Assembly (NCBI GenBank): GCA_963825865.1
Contig: CAWGVG010000035.1
Location: 1 to 17,558 of the forward strand
DNA length: 17,558 bases
Origin: an uncultured Nitrososphaeraceae archaeon
GTDB lineage: Archaea; Thermoproteota; Nitrososphaeria; Nitrososphaerales; Nitrososphaeraceae
Direction of reading: 5' to 3'
Part shown: piece by piece, positions 9,193 through 17,558 of the stretch
Layout: every line of letters starts with the position of its first letter
How positions within the stretch are numbered: the first letter of the stretch is position 1
Notes under the pieces: generated by a model
Seen by the model: the letters and a program-made list of their open reading frames with translations, nothing else
What the model was told of the DNA's origin: nothing
Database searches by the model: none
Translations under genes and position numbers: made by a program

Positions 9193-9831
9193 TTGACTTC
9201 ATCATCATCGTCTCTCTATTTGTCCACAGCAAGGTTGCAGAAAGAGATTGCAAAAAAGGTGATTGCGAAAGATTCTTTTGATATGCAAATAAAATGTGTT
9301 TGTGGTGTAGATGTCTGGAACAAAAAGAATATCGCATATTGCTCCGCAGCAGTAATTAAGAAAAATGCCCTGGGATTGATTGAATCTGTCAATACTAAAG
9401 ATATTGCAAAACATCCGTATATTCCAGGCCTTTTAATGTTAAGAGAATCCCAACCTATAATGAATACTTTGAAATTATTAAAAGGTCATTTTGAACTTTT
9501 ACTTATCGATGGACACGGGCAATTACATCCCAGAAGGAGTGGATTGGCCTGCTACATAGGTGTAATGATCAATAAGCCGACAATAGGAGTTGCAAAGTCT
9601 CTACTTTGTGGTTCTTTACGGGAAGATCAATTTGTCGAACTTGATGGAGATATCCTAGGATTTAGAATAAAAAAGGAGGGAGCAAAGCAAATCTATGTAA
9701 GCGTTGGTCATAAAATAAGCTTAGATTCGGCAATAAAAATTGTCAAGCAATTAGTTAAAAATGGAGAATGGATGCCAGAACCTTTACGAATTGCAGACAT
9801 CAATTCAAAAAATTATTTTAATTTCGCTTAA
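9193..9831 (+). CDS. nfi: Endonuclease V (deoxyinosine 3' endonuclease)
   Basis: GVDV, PYIPGLLMLRE wedge, LLIDGHGQLHPRR, IGVAKS, IYVSVGH and PEPLRIAD motifs. Confidence 0.95.
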   Translation: MTSSSSSLYLSTARLQKEIAKKVIAKDSFDMQIKCVCGVDVWNKKNIAYCSAAVIKKNALGLIESVNTKDIAKHPYIPGLLMLRESQPIMNTLKLLKGHFELLLIDGHGQLHPRRSGLACYIGVMINKPTIGVAKSLLCGSLREDQFVELDGDILGFRIKKEGAKQIYVSVGHKISLDSAIKIVKQLVKNGEWMPEPLRIADINSKNYFNFA

Positions 9832-10028
9832 AATCAACAAAAAATTATTCTTAAATGTTTTGGCACACTTCACATTGCCTCTCTGCTTAGTAATTGGTTT
9901 AATTAATTTTTGCTCTCTGAGATTACTTTTCCTCATTCCTAAAAGTTTTTGGTGAGATCATTTATAAAACCATTACATTTTTTGGCTATTGACAACGCTT
10001 ATCTTACCTGTATGAACCATCTTTTCCC

Positions 10029-11480
10029 ATGCCTTTCGAAAGCCTTGGAGAATACGTTGAAGCCTTGGATAATGCTGGACAATTAAAAAGAGTAAAAACA
10101 GAGGTGAGTGTCAATTTGGAAATTGCAGAGATTATGAGGCGGCTAATGTATATGGGTGATCAGCCAGCTGTACTATTTGAAAATGTAGAAGGCTCAAGCA
10201 TGCCAGTTCTTGGTAATGCCTTTGGAACAATGGAAAGGTTGCAAATCGCTCTTGAATCTAAAGATTTCAGCGAAATTGGGGGACGTATTATAAACCTAAC
10301 AAAAATGAAAATGCCATCTGGTATGTTAAATAAACTTAAAATGCTACCAAAACTCTCAGAATTTGCTGAATACGGTCCAAAATACGTTGGCTCAGGACCT
10401 GTTACGGATGTGGTAGAACTATATAAGCCAAATCTAAATTCATTGCCTATCTTAAAATCATTTATTGGCGATGCTGGAAAATTCATTACCTTTGGATTAA
10501 CCGTTACCAAACATCCCGAAACTGAAATCCGAAACATCGGAGTTTATAGAATTCAAATTATTGATGACAAAAAAGCATTAATGCATTGGCAAATTCACAA
10601 GCGCGGAGCACAGCATTATGAAATAATGAAGGAGGATAAGAAGCGAATTGAGGTAGCCATAGTTATAGGTGCAGACCCCGCTACAGTTTTCAGTGCTGTC
10701 GCTCCTGTTCCTGAAGGCGTTGACAAGTTTCTCTTTTCTGGTATAACGAGGAAGAAAGGAATTAAACTCGTGAAGTGTAAGACAATTGATATGGATGTAC
10801 CTGCTAATGCTGAAATTGTTTTAGAAGGTTATGTAGATCCTGATGATATTCGTATGGAGGGTCCATTTGGTGATCATACAGGGTATTACACTCCGCCTGA
10901 ACCATATCCTACCTTTACACTTACAGGAATAATGCAACGGAAAGAGCCGATTTACTTGACGACTGTAGTTGGAAAACCTATTCTCGAAGATGCATTTATA
11001 GGAAAAGTTATTGAAAGTTCATTTTTGCCGTTGATTCAAATCTTCCAACCGGAGGTTGTGGATTTCTCTATGCCTCCTGCAGGTTGGTTCCAAGGTCTTG
11101 CGGTGATTTCAATAAAAAAACGATATCCTAGTCAAGCGAAGAAAGTTATGATGGGATTGTGGGGGATGGGACAACTTTCGCTAACAAAAATTTTTGTTGT
11201 TGTGGATCATGATATTAATGTACATAATATGAATGACGTAATATGGGCTATTACGACAAGAACGGATCCAAAACGCGATACTATGATTATTGATAATACT
11301 CCAACAGATACTTTGGATCCCGCTTCGCCATTAGTTAATCTAGGATCAAAGATGGGAATAGATGCAACTACTAAATGGAAAGAAGAAGGATTCACAAGGG
11401 AAATTCAGCAACAGGTCACTGTAGATAATCTTACAAAGGCATTTGTTGATAAGAAATGGAAAGAATATGGCTTCCTTTAG
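10029..11480 (+). CDS. UbiD-family prFMN-dependent decarboxylase, probably the menaquinone (futalosine pathway) type
   Basis: RNIGVYR, VPANAEIVLEG, EGPFGDHTGYY, VVVDHDINVH, DTLDPAS, GSKMGIDAT; 483 aa. Subfamily assignment is inference. Confidence 0.9.
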   Translation: MPFESLGEYVEALDNAGQLKRVKTEVSVNLEIAEIMRRLMYMGDQPAVLFENVEGSSMPVLGNAFGTMERLQIALESKDFSEIGGRIINLTKMKMPSGMLNKLKMLPKLSEFAEYGPKYVGSGPVTDVVELYKPNLNSLPILKSFIGDAGKFITFGLTVTKHPETEIRNIGVYRIQIIDDKKALMHWQIHKRGAQHYEIMKEDKKRIEVAIVIGADPATVFSAVAPVPEGVDKFLFSGITRKKGIKLVKCKTIDMDVPANAEIVLEGYVDPDDIRMEGPFGDHTGYYTPPEPYPTFTLTGIMQRKEPIYLTTVVGKPILEDAFIGKVIESSFLPLIQIFQPEVVDFSMPPAGWFQGLAVISIKKRYPSQAKKVMMGLWGMGQLSLTKIFVVVDHDINVHNMNDVIWAITTRTDPKRDTMIIDNTPTDTLDPASPLVNLGSKMGIDATTKWKEEGFTREIQQQVTVDNLTKAFVDKKWKEYGFL

Positions 11481-11784
11481 ATTTTTACCTACAATCCATA
11501 TTGCCATCCGGAATTCGGATGTATTTTCTTAGGAAAACGGAACAGATGTATGTATTTATATATATATATACAAACTCTACATAGTAGTTTGGTGCTCGAT
11601 TAAATCAAAGATCAGCAATGTCTTAAATTGATATCACGTATTCTATATATTTAACGTAAGATACGATCACCAGCATATGATGATGGATATATCATCATCG
11701 AGATACAATTGCAAGGGATTGAAAAATAATATTGGTTTCCATATAATATTAAAGCAATATACGATCTCAATAGAGTAGAGATCT

Positions 11785-11800
11785 AAAAAACGCTTTTATA
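11785..11800 (+). promoter_or_regulatory. Putative BRE/TATA promoter of the DPSL gene
   Basis: AAAAAACGC-TTTTATA ending 23 nt before ATG 11823; a similar AACGCTTAT lies at comparable distance before the UbiD gene. Confidence 0.6.
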
Positions 11801-11822
11801 CCTTATATTATGATGTTTGATT

Positions 11823-12410
11823 ATGGCAAGTACTACAAAAGGAACAGTTCCAAAAATCGTTGGCTTGGAAGTTCTTGAAAAGAACGGTGTTAATATAGAA
11901 AGACTAAAGGAATTAATTACAAAAGGAGTAGGTGCAGAATTCACAACGTACTACTATTATACAATTCTAAGAATGCATTGTACTGGACTAGAAGGCGAGG
12001 GAATTAAAGAGATAGTAGAGGATGCTCGAATTGAAGATAGAAATCATTTTGAGGCGATGGTTCCAAGGCTATACGAATTAGGTGGCGGTTTGCCAAAAGA
12101 TATCCGAAAGTTTGCAGACCAGGCTGGTTGCCCTGATGCATACCTTCCAGACAACTGGGAAGATATCAATTCGATATTGAAGGTACTGTTGGAAGCTGAA
12201 CAATGTGCAATTAAGTCGTGGGGAGAAGTATGTGATATGACAACTGGCAAGGACCCACGAACATACGATATTGCACAAAAAATAATGCAAGAGGAAATAG
12301 AGCATGAAGCATGGTTTATAGAGCTTTTATCAAAGAGACCGTCAGGCCATTTTAGAAGAAAGTTCGTTGGTCAATCTCCGCATACTGGAGAACACGCATA
12401 TAAGACATGA
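11823..12410 (+). CDS. dps: DPS-like protein (DPSL/thioferritin, ferritin superfamily)
   Basis: [56 protein letters not shown]; has the Cys pair typical of DPSL. ATG 11823 preferred over TTG 11817. Confidence 0.93.
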   Translation: MASTTKGTVPKIVGLEVLEKNGVNIERLKELITKGVGAEFTTYYYYTILRMHCTGLEGEGIKEIVEDARIEDRNHFEAMVPRLYELGGGLPKDIRKFADQAGCPDAYLPDNWEDINSILKVLLEAEQCAIKSWGEVCDMTTGKDPRTYDIAQKIMQEEIEHEAWFIELLSKRPSGHFRRKFVGQSPHTGEHAYKT

Positions 12411-12646
12411 GGCGCTAATAGCATACTGGAAAAAACGAGAACAAGGCAGTCTAATCCACCTTTAAAGAAGAAAGTATAGAATATTCATAAAAGCGTTTTT
12501 TTATTTTTAATGATATAGATCTATATATACACTGTATACGCGGGCGACAGATTACTAAAAAACAATTACCAAAGATAAGGAATACAAGCGTTACGATAGA
12601 ATTAAATTCAATTATAAAAAAATAAGAAGTAATGGTCAGATCTTGT

Positions 12647-12787
12647 TTACCATTTGCGCCTGTCCCCTTCTAGCAAACCCAAACCAGTATGTATTCTGTC
12701 TATATGTTTTGAGAGTTCAGCATTGTCTATAAATTTGGATTGACAATAAGGACATGACACAGAGCGGTCTTCATTTTCACTGACCAT
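12647..12787 (-). CDS. Small C2H2 zinc-finger protein (46 aa), absent from the ORF track
   Basis: MVSENEDRSVSCPYCQSKFIDNAELSKHIDRIHTGLGLLEGDRRKW matches C-x2-C-x3-F-x5-L-x2-H-x4-H; TATA-like TTTATAG about 23-29 nt upstream (12810-12816). Confidence 0.85.
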   Translation of the reverse strand: MVSENEDRSVSCPYCQSKFIDNAELSKHIDRIHTGLGLLEGDRRKW

Positions 12788-13217
12788 AATTATTAAAGAA
12801 CGATCAATTCTATAAACTTGAAACCAACAGGATTTGCAAGTTACAACTACGCTGTGTTACAACTCTCCTTACTTGTAGAAATACAAAACAATTCTTCCTT
12901 TATTTTTTGCACATAGTATTAAAAAACACCACGTATAAGCTACCAAAATTCTCAGTTGATATGGATGCCTTGATTTTGTTTTAAGGACATATTTCTTTTG
13001 CTTGACAAAGAAGGATTTAAAGAAGCAACACAACAAAAAAACCCAAAGAAACCATTGAATTGATAAACAAGGAGGCATATTTCAGAAAATATACAAACTC
13101 GTACACAATCATTATTTTAAAATTTTAGAGATCATCGCTCTAAATTCTCTGAAAAAGATTCCTGATATAAATCATCATACTTGCTAAACTTATGAATAGT
13201 GAATGTATAAACCTCTA

Positions 13218-13430
13218 TTAAACTCTACTTCCACTGTTAATAAGATAGAACTCGCAGTATCCACACATTTTACAGGAGTTGAATTTAAAGACATAACTTG
13301 TATCCTGATCTTCTATATTTACATTTTTGATTTTATCTTTTGTTTGGATCGATGAACTTAATGGCACCGATAGTAATGATGGGTGTTGCATCATGTCAGA
13401 AGAACATTTTGGACATTTGTTGTTGGCCAT
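13218..13430 (-). CDS. Small zinc-ribbon protein (70 aa)
   Basis: CPKC near the N-terminus and CKMCGYCEFY near the C-terminus. Confidence 0.75.
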   Translation of the reverse strand: MANNKCPKCSSDMMQHPSLLSVPLSSSIQTKDKIKNVNIEDQDTSYVFKFNSCKMCGYCEFYLINSGSRV

Positions 13431-13911
13431 TCAGTGAGCTTTTGCAGTATCGCTATTATGTATTATTTATTATTGTCGTCATCACCGTACAATATTTCTT
13501 TGATGTTTAATGACCATGTGAAACTTTTCTTTACTTACCTTTAGTACTGATTTCAGAACTGCTCTTATAATACATCCTACATCTACCATTGTATCTTTAA
13601 CGTCGCTTTTTTCATAATTGTTTCGGTTATCAATCCTTCTGTCTTATTCTTTCTGTATATTCATATAATATTAGCCAATATTCAAAATAAATATAACTAA
13701 TGTTTAATCCTGTTGTTTTTTAACGGTATATACATAAATGAATCAATTAAAAAGAACAATACATCATCAGGGATTCTCGAACCAGGTATTGTCTAATTTT
13801 AACCTTCAATAGTTGCCAAGATAATGACAGTATAGACATATTCAATATAATTGGTGGAGGTTAGAATAATTATAATGAATGACGTGAGTGGGGTGGCAGG
13901 TTTTTGTATGT

Positions 13912-14304
13912 CTAAATATTAACGATGGTATCTGCCAGATGTGCCAATTTGACAGGCTTTATCAATACCTCTGCTTTCTTAGTTTTAAAAAATTCATCTT
14001 TCTTTAATTCTTCTTTTGCATTTTCATATGCCGTTATTATCAATACTCGGGCTGAAGGATATTTAATAAGAATTTCTTTTGCTGCCTGGATGCCATTTTT
14101 TTTGCCTGGAAGTTTATAGTCTATGATTACTATATCAGGTGCATACTTTTCATAATCAACTAATACTTCATCAGCAGTAGTAGAACTTACTATAACAAAA
14201 TGTCCCTTGGACTTTAAGTAATCCTTATACAAGAGCAGAATATCCTGTTCATCTTCAACTATCATTACTTTGCGAATTTGTCCTTGCTGCCTAGATACTC
14301 CCAT
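13912..14304 (-). CDS. Stand-alone response regulator receiver (CheY-like) protein, 130 aa
   Basis: VMIVEDE, phosphoacceptor IVIIDYKLP, IITAY and LIKP. Start moved to ATG 14304 because the longer ORF overlaps aRF1. Confidence 0.92.
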   Translation of the reverse strand: MGVSRQQGQIRKVMIVEDEQDILLLYKDYLKSKGHFVIVSSTTADEVLVDYEKYAPDIVIIDYKLPGKKNGIQAAKEILIKYPSARVLIITAYENAKEELKKDEFFKTKKAEVLIKPVKLAHLADTIVNI

Positions 14305-14350
14305 AATGTATATGTTATACATTAGCACTAATGTTAAAAAAGCTATACAA

Positions 14351-15649
14351 TCAAGAGCTTGCAATAGGCCTGAATCGAAGAATTGCTCCAATCTTGCCAA
14401 TGCTTGCCAACTGAGCACCTTCTTCGGTCTTTGCAGATATTACTTCAATCTTGCCTCCAGTTAACGCAGTCATCTCTTCCAAATAATCTACAATATCTTT
14501 TTCATTAATTTCAAAATCAATTGCGCCACACGATGGACAAGGTTTTGATAAAAGTTCCTGCTTTAAAGGAATCAAATCAGCTCTGTTAGTAAACCTTTCC
14601 TGAATGTTCCCACATCTTTTGCATTTTACATCGATTTTGAAATAAGCAATATCGTCAGTCACAATAACCGTGTCAACCATCCCATTTTGCAAGGATTTTA
14701 CTACATCAAAAATACCATATATGCCAAGCCCCTTTCCTGTATGAACCTCTTTCATGAATTTCTTGATAATTTTTTTTTCTTCCATCAAGCGATATTCGGT
14801 CAAAACTCCTTGTTCGTTAACTTTGTCTATGATTTCCCTAATACCCTCATCACCTGAATATGATATATCCAAAGTACTGATAACATTGTTTTGCAATCTA
14901 TAATCTAAATATTCTTCTTTAAGAAAATTTTCTTTTGTAGGACCAGGTCCTCCTACGATAATGCCCTTGACATTAAATTGATTAATGAATACTTTTTGTG
15001 AATGATCTGCAATTCTACGATAATATTCATTTAGTTCATTGTCGCGAAGCCTTTCAAATCTTTTTGCAGATTGACCTCCTTGTCTGTGTTTACCTGCTAC
15101 ACCAGACGTCAGTGTATCTATAACCTCCCATCTATCACCAGTTAAAATTCCAAGACCTGCCTCTTGATTATCGATGGCCAAAATTCCTAATACCTTGTCG
15201 TCTTTCATCATGTCCTTTAAATGGTCTGTCCAGAAATGATCGTCGCATCGATAGAGATTGATCTGAATTGGCTTTGGTGGCATAACAGAGTAAAGTTCAA
15301 TCTTTTCAGTGCCAAAACCTTTGCCTGTCGGAATAGCTCCACAGAAAACAACAAGTCCATTTTCAGGCGTGTCCTTGAAAAGTTTGATATGTTCGATTGT
15401 TCTGCTCAATGCATCTTGAACGTGGGTTCGAGTCAAGTCGGACTTAATGTTCGAGGCAGTTCCAGCTTCGTTACGCAATTGAGATATAACGTCAAAAATT
15501 TGACGTCGTGGCGGAATATATACCGTTACCAATTCTGTACCATGACCAGAAAAGTTTGAAAGTTCATTCAACATTTTGGTCAGTTTGTACCTCTTTACCG
15601 AATCCCATCTATTTTGGTCAGCGTTTGTCTTCATCTTTGCTAATAGCAA
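14351..15649 (-). CDS. prf1: Archaeal peptide chain release factor aRF1
   Basis: TASNIKS, YRCDDHF (YxCxxxF), GKHRQGGQSAKRFER, GKIGAILRF; alternative start ATG 15634. Confidence 0.97.
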   Translation of the reverse strand: MLLAKMKTNADQNRWDSVKRYKLTKMLNELSNFSGHGTELVTVYIPPRRQIFDVISQLRNEAGTASNIKSDLTRTHVQDALSRTIEHIKLFKDTPENGLVVFCGAIPTGKGFGTEKIELYSVMPPKPIQINLYRCDDHFWTDHLKDMMKDDKVLGILAIDNQEAGLGILTGDRWEVIDTLTSGVAGKHRQGGQSAKRFERLRDNELNEYYRRIADHSQKVFINQFNVKGIIVGGPGPTKENFLKEEYLDYRLQNNVISTLDISYSGDEGIREIIDKVNEQGVLTEYRLMEEKKIIKKFMKEVHTGKGLGIYGIFDVVKSLQNGMVDTVIVTDDIAYFKIDVKCKRCGNIQERFTNRADLIPLKQELLSKPCPSCGAIDFEINEKDIVDYLEEMTALTGGKIEVISAKTEEGAQLASIGKIGAILRFRPIASS

Positions 15650-15861
15650 GGAGTTTTCGTATGCATATCATATAAGGATATCAAATTACAATGAATAATA
15701 CTAAGACGAAAGCTTTACCTAATTTGTCAAGTTGTTTCTACATGCACAACAATCAAAATAACAACTAATTATTGATCTAAATCGATGCCAGCAGTACAAA
15801 GAGTAGTAGATGTTTGGTGAAGGTTATAAGGCAGAGTTGGTAAAATGTAAACCCATTTAGA

Positions 15862-16415
15862 ATGCTTCCGAGACTCGAATATATCAAACAGGCCAGAATT
15901 AGGATAGGTATTACACAGAGAAAGCTAGCAACACTGACTGGCATAAGTACATCAATGATTAATCAGATAGAATCAGGTAGATGCAAACCGAGTTATGAAA
16001 CAGCTAGGAAGATCTTTGAAATTTTAGGTTCTTTAGAAGGTCAATCTTCAATGAAAGCAGGGGACATTTGCAGCGCAATTTAATTTCTGTGCAAAAATAT
16101 GAAACTCTCAATACTGCAATAGATAAAATGAGAAGTAATTCTATAAGCCAAATTCCTGTATTCGACGGCTCTCGTGTTGTAGGAATATTGAGCGAAGATG
16201 GGCTAGCAAAAAGCATGGTAGAAAAGGATGAAAAGAAGATGCGTGATATGGTCATTTCGATGGTAATGGAAACCCCGCCTCCTGTAGTTGACGTGTCTAC
16301 ACCAGCTAAGGCATTAGTCCCCTTAGTCAGATTTGCAAAGTGCGTTCTAATTAGCGAAAAAAGCACTGTGATAGGGATAATAACGGTAACTGATACACTA
16401 AAAATGGTAGAATAA
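15862..16415 (+). CDS. XRE-type HTH + CBS-pair transcriptional regulator (COG3620-like); one frameshift at ~16075; about 184 aa corrected
   Basis: Joins 15862..16083 (GITQRKLATLTGISTSMINQIESGRCKPS) and 16068..16415 (ISQIPVFDGSRVVGILSE...VIGIITVTD); adding one base gives KAGDICSRNLISV. Confidence 0.9.
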
Positions 16416-17175
16416 TAATAATATGACTAATCTGTGAGTTTTTCAAGGCCAATACAACAATCGGCACACTTAATGCATTCCGAGCAAATATTCAATTCGC
16501 TGGTCGCAGAAAGGAAGCAGCTGCATAATGCGCACTTCTTCTCAATATCGTGAAGAGATTTTTTTGCCAACTTCTGTAGAAGTATGCAACTCCGCTATTT
16601 GAATTGTTCGTAACTTGATCTTTATTTATAATAATCAAATTATAACAACATAATAACAAATTTGAGACCTTTAAGCCAATAAAAAATGTACATACACGAT
16701 ATGCAGTTAACATGAATGTTCATTTGACATCTATTCAATGACAAAAGTCCTGGTATAGAGAGCAGCTCTGATTTAATGATTAAATACAAATGTTCGTCTG
16801 CAATATCGTTACCACTTATAGGTCAAATAACACTAAGTATTCCTCTCTCTGCTTTGTTGTTTATGTGTAATTGCTTTTATGTGATGTCTTTGCCTGGAGC
16901 TGTTTGCTAATCCGATTTTTGCCTAGATACTGCTAATTTTATTAATGACAGCTAACTAAAAATCAATAAATATTACTTAATTTAATGTAAACTGGCATTG
17001 TAACAGAAACAATGCATGGTAAGTAGGATTAGGTAACCCGTAAACAAACGGAATAAAAATTCAGTAGACACTTTTGGTAGATATTGATCATTATTAATCT
17101 TCATATCTAACTTCTAGAAGATATTTAAATCATAGTAAAATGATACGAATATGTGAGAAGATGGTGTGAGTAATA

Positions 17176-17475
17176 TTGAGTAATAACAAGGAGTTTTTTT
17201 TACAGCAGCTAATGTGGATTGGTATTTCACTTGGTATCAGTCTTGCTATTTCAATATTTGTTCCTTTTCCTTACTCTCTACCAATAATAATAGCAGTTTT
17301 CATATTGCTGAGTTTTTACATGAGAAAGAGAGCATTGAGAAGGATGGGTATGTCTGGGACAACAACAATGTTTGGCAATAGTGCATTGAACTATTACTGC
17401 ATGGGTTGTGGTACAAAACACAATCAAGCAGCATGTCCTAAATGTGGTTCAAAGATGAAAAGGGTTGGTTCTTGA
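17176..17475 (+). CDS. Small membrane protein with C-terminal zinc ribbon (99 aa)
   Basis: Two hydrophobic helices followed by YYCMGCG...ACPKCGSKM. Confidence 0.8.
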   Translation: MSNNKEFFLQQLMWIGISLGISLAISIFVPFPYSLPIIIAVFILLSFYMRKRALRRMGMSGTTTMFGNSALNYYCMGCGTKHNQAACPKCGSKMKRVGS

Positions 17476-17558
17476 CGACTCTATCACTTTGTTAATAATA
17501 TAACGGATATACTATTCAGCTGACAATGGTCATTAAGTGTAAAAATATAGGTTTGAGA

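Noticed and set aside
12869-13078. 69-aa minus-strand ORF
   Set aside because: Low-complexity, no motif; probably spurious.
13463-13640. Short minus-strand frame MVDVGCIIRAVLKSVLKVSKEKFHMVIKH...
   Set aside because: Short, no recognisable motif, ends unclear; could be a small or indel-damaged gene but cannot be supported.
16500-16522. TGGTCGCAGAAAGGAAGCAGC resembling the SRP RNA helix 8 motif
   Set aside because: The tetraloop stem does not pair properly and there is no GC-rich ~300-nt archaeal SRP structure around it.
1045-16713. Antisense or overlapping ORFs in the track (e.g. 1045, 2692, 5120, 6917, 7193, 7586, 8542, 8851, 9205, 9761, 10160, 11207, 12044, 12078, 13925, 14270, 15221, 16004, 16492)
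   Set aside because: Shadows of well-supported genes or the tRNA, or motif-less intergenic frames.
16738-16801. Second possible C/D-box arrangement (ATGACAA...CTGA...ATGATTA...CTGC)
   Set aside because: Three of four boxes are degenerate and the spacing is off.
1-17558. CRISPR array, IS element or rRNA
   Set aside because: No regularly spaced repeats, transposase motifs or rRNA-like sequence seen.

Overview
AT-rich archaeal chromosomal segment, most consistent with a Nitrososphaerales (ammonia-oxidising Thaumarchaeota) genome, judged from the archaeal aRF1, intron-containing tRNA, DPSL and BRE/TATA promoters just upstream of start codons. On the minus strand: a hypothetical gene, an uncharacterised two-gene operon (wHTH-coil-wHTH-like protein plus AAA+ ATPase with a hidden nuclease-fold-like tail), and a run of sulfurtransferase, small protein, ferredoxin fusion and GT2 glycosyltransferase. 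Then tRNA-Ala(TGC) with a BHB intron, a broken K+ channel, endonuclease V, a UbiD decarboxylase, DPSL, small Zn-finger genes, a receiver-domain protein, aRF1 and an HTH-CBS regulator. At least six single-base frameshifts, all explicable as +/-1 changes in short runs and probably long-read errors, hide real domains from the ORF track. Not in the ORF track: a probable box C/D sRNA, a zinc-less Zfx-type 7Fe ferredoxin domain, a 46-aa C2H2 zinc-finger gene, and a 15-bp inverted promoter-like repeat flanking the DPSL gene. No database searches were run.
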